From: Gemmatimonadota bacterium
GTDB taxonomy: Bacteria > Gemmatimonadota > Gemmatimonadetes > Gemmatimonadales > GWC2-71-9
Assembly: GCA_039588295.1 (NCBI GenBank)
Contig: JBDHAB010000001.1
Location: 160,001-224,000 of the forward strand
Direction of reading: 5' to 3'
Length of the DNA stretch: 64,000 nt
The notes beneath the pieces were generated by a model. The model searched no databases. It saw only the letters and a program-made list of their open reading frames with translations, and had not been told where the DNA came from. Below, in pieces: positions 59,083-64,000 of the stretch. Position 1 is the first letter of the stretch. Each line of letters starts with the position of its first letter. The position numbers were made by a program, and so were the translations under genes.

Positions 59083-60336
59083 GTGTCTACATCGAGACTG
59101 CTGCTAGTCGCCGCGGGCGTGGCCCTTGCGTCCGTGGCGTGCGAGCCGGCCAGCATCACCGACGCGAGGAACCAGCTTGGGCGCGGTGATGAGCGGGTGG
59201 TCGAGTTCGTCCTCCCGGTATCACTCGACACGCTCACGGTGCTCGAGATCCTCGAAGACTTCGTGGACGTGATTCCCATCACCCTCGCCGACGGCGTGTT
59301 GGCCGTCCCGACGGACGACCAGCTCTTCACTGTCGGTACGGGAGCCGCGATCGGCCCGATCTCGGGGATCCTTGACCCTGCGGTGCTGAACTTCGTCACC
59401 GAGCAGTGGCGCGAGGTGAATACGACCTCCCTCAATCTCGGCCAGTTCGATACGGCCGCCCGGGATGCGACCATTAACAGGGGGCTGACCGCGCTGGAAG
59501 TGTCGAACAGTGCCGACGCACCGCTGACCCTGACCGACTTCACGCTCGGTGTCGTGCAGGTGGACGCATCCGGCCAGCCGCTCCGCGACGCGTTTGGCGA
59601 TCTCCTGTATGAAGAGGACACCGGTGTCCCCATCCTAGTCCCGGTCGCCGATCCCGGCGGTCCCACCTGGAGCATCGGGAGGAGTTCGATTCGGGTCGAC
59701 ACGCTGGACGCTCCGCTCCTGGTCGATCGGCTCGTGGATCTGCTGCTGGATGGTGTCCGGGCTGCATTGGTGGGTGCAGGTACCGTGAGTGTAGGGGACG
59801 GCACGGTCGGGACCGTCACGGCGGGTGACCAGCTGCTCGTGACCATCACTCCCATTATCGGGCTCGACTTCACCATCCCGCAGACCGGAGTTGGCTTCGA
59901 CAGCACCACGGTCCAGGACGGGCTGGATCTCGAGCCCGAAGATGCCAACGATATCGTATCGTTGGTCGACTCTGCCGTGGTCGTGTTGACGGTCGACAAT
60001 CAAACCCCCTTTGCGGTCAATGCCACGGTTGCGGTGGTCGAAGGCTCCGTCGTGGGTGACGTATTCGCCGCCCCTGGGGCGGTTCTCCTCGATCCCGTGA
60101 GTGTTGCTGGGGCCACCGTGGACGCCGGCGGTCGGGTGACATCTGCGACGATGGACGTCGCGAGCGTCACGCTCGTCGGGGACGACGTTCGCCCGTTCCT
60201 CGCTGCGCAGTTCACTGCAGGTGTCCAGGTGCAACTGCTCCCGGCCGCGGGGGGCCGGGGCGCGCTGCGTGCCTCGGATCGCGTCATGGTCGAGTCCCAA
60301 GCGCACGTCTTTGTGCGGTCGGGAGGTGCCCCATGA
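59083..60336 (+). CDS. Hypothetical acidic beta-rich lipoprotein
   Basis: Lipobox SVAC; V/D/T-rich beta sequence; ATGA overlap with the next gene. Confidence 0.75.
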   Translation: MSTSRLLLVAAGVALASVACEPASITDARNQLGRGDERVVEFVLPVSLDTLTVLEILEDFVDVIPITLADGVLAVPTDDQLFTVGTGAAIGPISGILDPAVLNFVTEQWREVNTTSLNLGQFDTAARDATINRGLTALEVSNSADAPLTLTDFTLGVVQVDASGQPLRDAFGDLLYEEDTGVPILVPVADPGGPTWSIGRSSIRVDTLDAPLLVDRLVDLLLDGVRAALVGAGTVSVGDGTVGTVTAGDQLLVTITPIIGLDFTIPQTGVGFDSTTVQDGLDLEPEDANDIVSLVDSAVVVLTVDNQTPFAVNATVAVVEGSVVGDVFAAPGAVLLDPVSVAGATVDAGGRVTSATMDVASVTLVGDDVRPFLAAQFTAGVQVQLLPAAGGRGALRASDRVMVESQAHVFVRSGGAP

Positions 60337-61601
60337 AGCGCTCGGGACTGTTCCTCCTGGCCCTGCTTGCGTCGGGGGTGGACCTGGCCGCTCAGGCGGT
60401 GCCGGACCGCTCTCAAGCGGCCCAGTTGCCGATGGCCTATCGCCGCACGCCACAGCTCAGGGTGGATCCGTTCAGACATGTGATGATCCCGCACTGGGGT
60501 CTGGTGATCTCGGGTGGCGCCCTCGCGGGCAACAATACGCTCAACATCGCTGATGTCCGCGCGCTGATCTTCCTGGCCGACCGCGACAGTCTCCTGATCA
60601 GCGACGTGGTGAACACGTTCGGTCTCGTGCCCGCCGGTGCGGGTGTGGTGGGTGATGCCGAGGGCGAAGGAGGAATTCACCTCGGTGGGCCGTTTGGGAG
60701 GCATGTCTCGGTGGGACTTTCGTTCCAGGGTCGCGGCTACGGCGCGTTCCTGGTGGACGACGACGCCGTGGCGCTGCTGCGGGACGGGAATGCCGCCGAC
60801 TCGATCTTCGAGCTGGGGGAGACCCAGGGAGCAGGACTTGGCACGGCCGAACTTGGTGCCCACGCCGTGATACGCCTCGGCCCGCTCGGCACGGAGGATG
60901 GCGTGGAGGTTTCGCTCGGCTTTGGTGGGCGCTATATCCGGCCGCTCGTGTACGGAAGCGCCCAGTCCTCGATCGCGGACAGCCGCGTACTGGTGACCGG
61001 TGACACGGTTGACGCCCAGGTGGACGTGGAAGCGCTCTTCACTCCGGATTTCCAGAGCAACCGAGGGTCCGGCCTCGCGGCTGACTTCCTGGTGCGCCTC
61101 GAGTGGCCGACATCGGGGATTGCCTTTGAAGCGCTCCTCGCCAACCTCGGCAGTGTGACCGTCGAACAGGTCGAACAGCAGGGATTGAGCCTCAACGTTG
61201 TCACGACCGACCTCCAGGTGGTCTCGGATTCGCTCGAGGCGGCGGATTTCACGGTCGAGGACACGGTCGAGGTCTCGGTCAGCCTGCCACGGATTTTCCG
61301 GCTCTCGGCGAGCGCTTGGGCGAATCGCATTCTGCAGCTCGACGTCGCCGCCACCATTCCGGTGGGCGGGGACTTCGAACGTCCCCTGGCTGTCCATCTC
61401 GGCTCGACATGGCGCTTTGTGAATAGCTTCCCCCTGCGCGCCGGCCTGGAGTTAGGTGGGCACCACGGCGTCGGAGTGACCGGCGGATTCGGGATCGAGA
61501 CGCGCAACTTCTACATGCAAACGCTAGGCGGTTCGTTCGGCGGTTTGTTCGAGAGTGCGAATGGCGTGGCGGCGAGACTCGAGCTAGGGTTCTTCTTCTA
61601 G
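60333..61601 (+). CDS. Outer-membrane beta-barrel protein (DUF5723/TraF-like)
   Basis: Signal peptide; G.G...D, LP....L, PLRAG; C-terminal LGFFF. Confidence 0.7.
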   Translation: MKRSGLFLLALLASGVDLAAQAVPDRSQAAQLPMAYRRTPQLRVDPFRHVMIPHWGLVISGGALAGNNTLNIADVRALIFLADRDSLLISDVVNTFGLVPAGAGVVGDAEGEGGIHLGGPFGRHVSVGLSFQGRGYGAFLVDDDAVALLRDGNAADSIFELGETQGAGLGTAELGAHAVIRLGPLGTEDGVEVSLGFGGRYIRPLVYGSAQSSIADSRVLVTGDTVDAQVDVEALFTPDFQSNRGSGLAADFLVRLEWPTSGIAFEALLANLGSVTVEQVEQQGLSLNVVTTDLQVVSDSLEAADFTVEDTVEVSVSLPRIFRLSASAWANRILQLDVAATIPVGGDFERPLAVHLGSTWRFVNSFPLRAGLELGGHHGVGVTGGFGIETRNFYMQTLGGSFGGLFESANGVAARLELGFFF

Positions 61602-61614
61602 GGTGTTGACGTGG

Positions 61615-61653
61615 CAGCCCGGCAGGCTTCTGCCTGCCGGGCTGTGTTATAAT
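61615..61653 (+). promoter_or_regulatory. 13-bp perfect hairpin followed by an extended -10 box
   Basis: CAGCCCGGCAGGC-TTCT-GCCTGCCGGGCTG, then TGTTATAAT ending 6 nt before ATG 61660. Confidence 0.7.
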
Positions 61654-61659
61654 TGCTGA

Positions 61660-62748
61660 ATGCGTACGACAGACAGCCGATCAGTTTCGTGGGCCCCAGC
61701 TGCCCCCTGGGCACTGGTTCTGGTAGTGGCGCTCGCCGGCGCCTGCAGCCCACGCCCGGAGCCTGCGACGGTGGACCGCCCCACCGAGGAGGGTGAGCGG
61801 TTCTTTCGAAACCTCCGCCAGCTCACGTTCGACGGCCAGAACGCCGAGGCCTATTTCTCTCGCGATGGAACGCAGCTGATCTTCCAGCGGACGGACAGCG
61901 ATTCCACATGCGATCAGCAGTACGTCGTCAACGTGGATGGCACCGGCATGCGGCTAGTATCGAACGGACTGGGCCGCACGACCTGCGGCTTCTTCCATTC
62001 CGGGGGCGACCAGCTCCTGTACTCGAGCACGTTCCACGTGGACGAGCGGTGCCCGCCCGAGCCGGATTTCAGCCAGGGCTACGTGTGGGCCATCCACGAT
62101 TTCGACATCTACACGGTGGGGAGTGACGGCGGCGAGCTGGAGCGCCTGTTCCGCTCACCAGGGTACGATGCCGAAGCGACGCTCTCACCCGACGGGGAAA
62201 CGATCGTCTTCACGTCGACGAGGGACGGCGACCTCGATATCTACACGATGAAGGCGGATGGGTCGGATGTCCGCCAGTTGACTAACACAGTCGGGTACGA
62301 TGGCGGGCCGTTCTTCTCCCACGATGGGAGCAAGATCGTGTATCGCTCGTGGCACCCGCAGACGGCCGAGGACATCGCGGACTATCAACGGCTTCTGGGT
62401 CAGAACCTGGTGCGGCCCAGCCAAATGGAAATCTGGGTCATGAACGCCGATGGTTCGAACCAACGGCAGGTGACCGATCTGGGCGGAGCGAACTTCGCCC
62501 CGTTCTTTCATCCGGACGATCGGCGAATCATCTTTTCCTCAAACCACGCGAATCCGCGGTCGAGGAACTTCGATCTGTATCTCGTCGACCTGGACGGCGC
62601 CAACCTGACACAAGTGACGACCGACGAAGACTTTGATGGCTTCCCCATGCTCTCGCGCGACGGGAAGACGCTGGTGTTCGCATCGAACCGGTTTGGGTCG
62701 GTTCCCGGCGAAACGAACATCTTCCTCGCCGACTGGGTAGAACCGTAG
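61660..62748 (+). CDS. TolB-like PD40 beta-propeller lipoprotein
   Basis: Lipobox AGAC; QLT..G.NAEAYFS.DG; repeated SPDG/FS.DG. Confidence 0.88.
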   Translation: MRTTDSRSVSWAPAAPWALVLVVALAGACSPRPEPATVDRPTEEGERFFRNLRQLTFDGQNAEAYFSRDGTQLIFQRTDSDSTCDQQYVVNVDGTGMRLVSNGLGRTTCGFFHSGGDQLLYSSTFHVDERCPPEPDFSQGYVWAIHDFDIYTVGSDGGELERLFRSPGYDAEATLSPDGETIVFTSTRDGDLDIYTMKADGSDVRQLTNTVGYDGGPFFSHDGSKIVYRSWHPQTAEDIADYQRLLGQNLVRPSQMEIWVMNADGSNQRQVTDLGGANFAPFFHPDDRRIIFSSNHANPRSRNFDLYLVDLDGANLTQVTTDEDFDGFPMLSRDGKTLVFASNRFGSVPGETNIFLADWVEP

Positions 62749-62769
62749 GGGTCCCTCAACGACCCGGAG

Positions 62770-63555
62770 GTGGTGGTAGCAGTGGCGCGGAAGAAAGTAA
62801 AGCAGCCAGAGAGCTCGCCCTCGGCGAAGGAGTCGGGAAAGCGGCGGGATCGCCCGCCCTCGGCGAAGAAGTCGCCATCGCAGTCGGCGAAAGAGTGGAT
62901 CAAATCTATCGCCATTGCCCTGGTCATCTGGTTCTTCGTCCGCTCGTTGCTCGTTGAGGCCTTTCGGATCCCGTCAGGCAGCATGGAGAACACGCTGCTC
63001 ATTGGCGACTTCCTCTTCGTCAACAAGGCGCTCTACGGTGCCGAGGTCCCCATTGTCGGGACGCGGTTGCCGGCATTTCGGGAGCCCGAACGATTCGACA
63101 TCGTCATTTTCGACTCGCCCGAGGAGCCTGGGGTGAACGTCGTCAAGCGGGTGGTCGGGATCCCCGGTGACACGCTGTCCATGGTGAACAACACCCTGCG
63201 GATCAACGGTCGAGCGGCGGAAGAACCGCACGCGATCCGCAGCGACTCACGGTACGATCCGAAAGACCCACGCATGCGCGACTGGCAGGTGCGACATCTC
63301 GTGGGGCGGGACCGAGCCACCTATCATCCGTCGCTGAAGAATTGGGGCCCGGTGGCAGTGCCGCCGGACTCGTTCTTTGTCATGGGAGACAATCGAGACA
63401 ACTCCTATGACAGCCGATATTGGGGGTTCCTGGGGCGCGACCGCATTGCAGGACGGCCGCTGTTCATCTACTACAGCTTCGACAAGACGGGCTTGATGCC
63501 CCTGCCGTTTCTCACGAGCATCCGATGGGGCCGGATCTTCTCGAGTCCAGGCTAG
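62770..63555 (+). CDS. lepB: Signal peptidase I
   Basis: IPSGSMENTL.IGD, VKRVVG.PGD, MGDNRDNS.DSRYWG; start may be GTG 62782. Confidence 0.95.
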   Translation: MVVAVARKKVKQPESSPSAKESGKRRDRPPSAKKSPSQSAKEWIKSIAIALVIWFFVRSLLVEAFRIPSGSMENTLLIGDFLFVNKALYGAEVPIVGTRLPAFREPERFDIVIFDSPEEPGVNVVKRVVGIPGDTLSMVNNTLRINGRAAEEPHAIRSDSRYDPKDPRMRDWQVRHLVGRDRATYHPSLKNWGPVAVPPDSFFVMGDNRDNSYDSRYWGFLGRDRIAGRPLFIYYSFDKTGLMPLPFLTSIRWGRIFSSPG

Positions 63556-63613
63556 GCGCCCACACCCGATCATTTCCGATTCGTCCGCCAACCGGGGAGT
63601 GAGATCTCGAACT

Positions 63614-63635
63614 ACCCGGTGAAGCCGGGTGTTTT
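63614..63635 (+). terminator. Probable terminator after lepB
   Basis: ACCCGG-TGAAG-CCGGGT-GTTTT. Confidence 0.5.
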
Positions 63636-63731
63636 CCCCCTCCAAGATTCTCGCATAATCTGATTTTGCATTCTGGCGATATTGCTTAGATTCCATAAGA
63701 AGCTATGTTTTTTGCAGTCAGCTGTTCTGCA

Positions 63732-64000
63732 ATGGAGCGTATTGCCAACATGGATCTAACAGACCGGCAGCTCGTTCGACTACTGCAGGGTAACGCCCGG
63801 CTCAGCTACCAGGAGTTGGGTGAAGCCGTAGGTCTGAGCGGGCCCGCCGCGTTCCAGCGGGTCCGGAAGCTCGAGCGCACTGGTGTGCTCGTTGCCTACG
63901 AGGCCAGGGTCGATCCGGCGAAGCTAGGGCGTCCGGCCGTGGCGTTCCTACGCGTCCGTCCCGAGGCGGGGACGAACCTCCAGCGGCTGGTATCCCGCTG
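63732..64000 (+). CDS. Lrp/AsnC-family regulator (partial, runs off the window)
   Basis: Manual translation MDLTDRQLVRLLQGNARLSYQELGEAVGLSGPAAFQRVRKLERTGVL..Y.A.VDP.KLG. Confidence 0.92.
   Translation, partial: MERIANMDLTDRQLVRLLQGNARLSYQELGEAVGLSGPAAFQRVRKLERTGVLVAYEARVDPAKLGRPAVAFLRVRPEAGTNLQRLVSR

Noticed and set aside
61606..61653. TTGACG/TATAAT as a -35/-10 pair
   Set aside because: The spacing is 36 nt; an extended -10 promoter explains it better

Overview
A GC-rich bacterial chromosomal segment that spans the replication origin. Gene content (GWxTD proteins, zf-HC2/ECF pair, many lipoproteins) suggests Gemmatimonadota; this is an inference. It holds a SUF Fe-S operon (sufR-B-C-D-S), rnd, def, an MMPL transporter, polA, a GWxTD lipoprotein-lytic transglycosylase-lipid kinase operon, a Ser/Thr kinase, pyrE and RNase P RNA. 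The origin block is dnaN-oriC-dnaA/rpmH-rnpA-yidD-yidC-mnmE. It is followed by an 11-kb tightly coupled holA-SPOR-mutS-tonB-cbs-queD-ddl-rhomboid-macro-GWxTD operon, an ECF sigma/anti-sigma pair, tRNA-Phe, a CbiMQO/NikMQO transporter, P5C dehydrogenase, outer-membrane pairs, a TolB-like protein, lepB and a partial Lrp. No CRISPR array, integrase or transposase was seen. The most notable items are: (1) a Cyc2-like cytochrome-porin fusion paired with a lipoprotein cytochrome carrying an atypical CX4CH motif, a candidate outer-membrane electron conduit; (2) a duplicated 3' half of tRNA-Phe with a compensatory base-pair change, bracketing a 1.3-kb integrase-less islet and lying upstream of cbiM; (3) twin perfect palindromes over the pyrE start; (4) repeated signs of leaderless transcription. 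All product calls come from motif recognition, not database searches.
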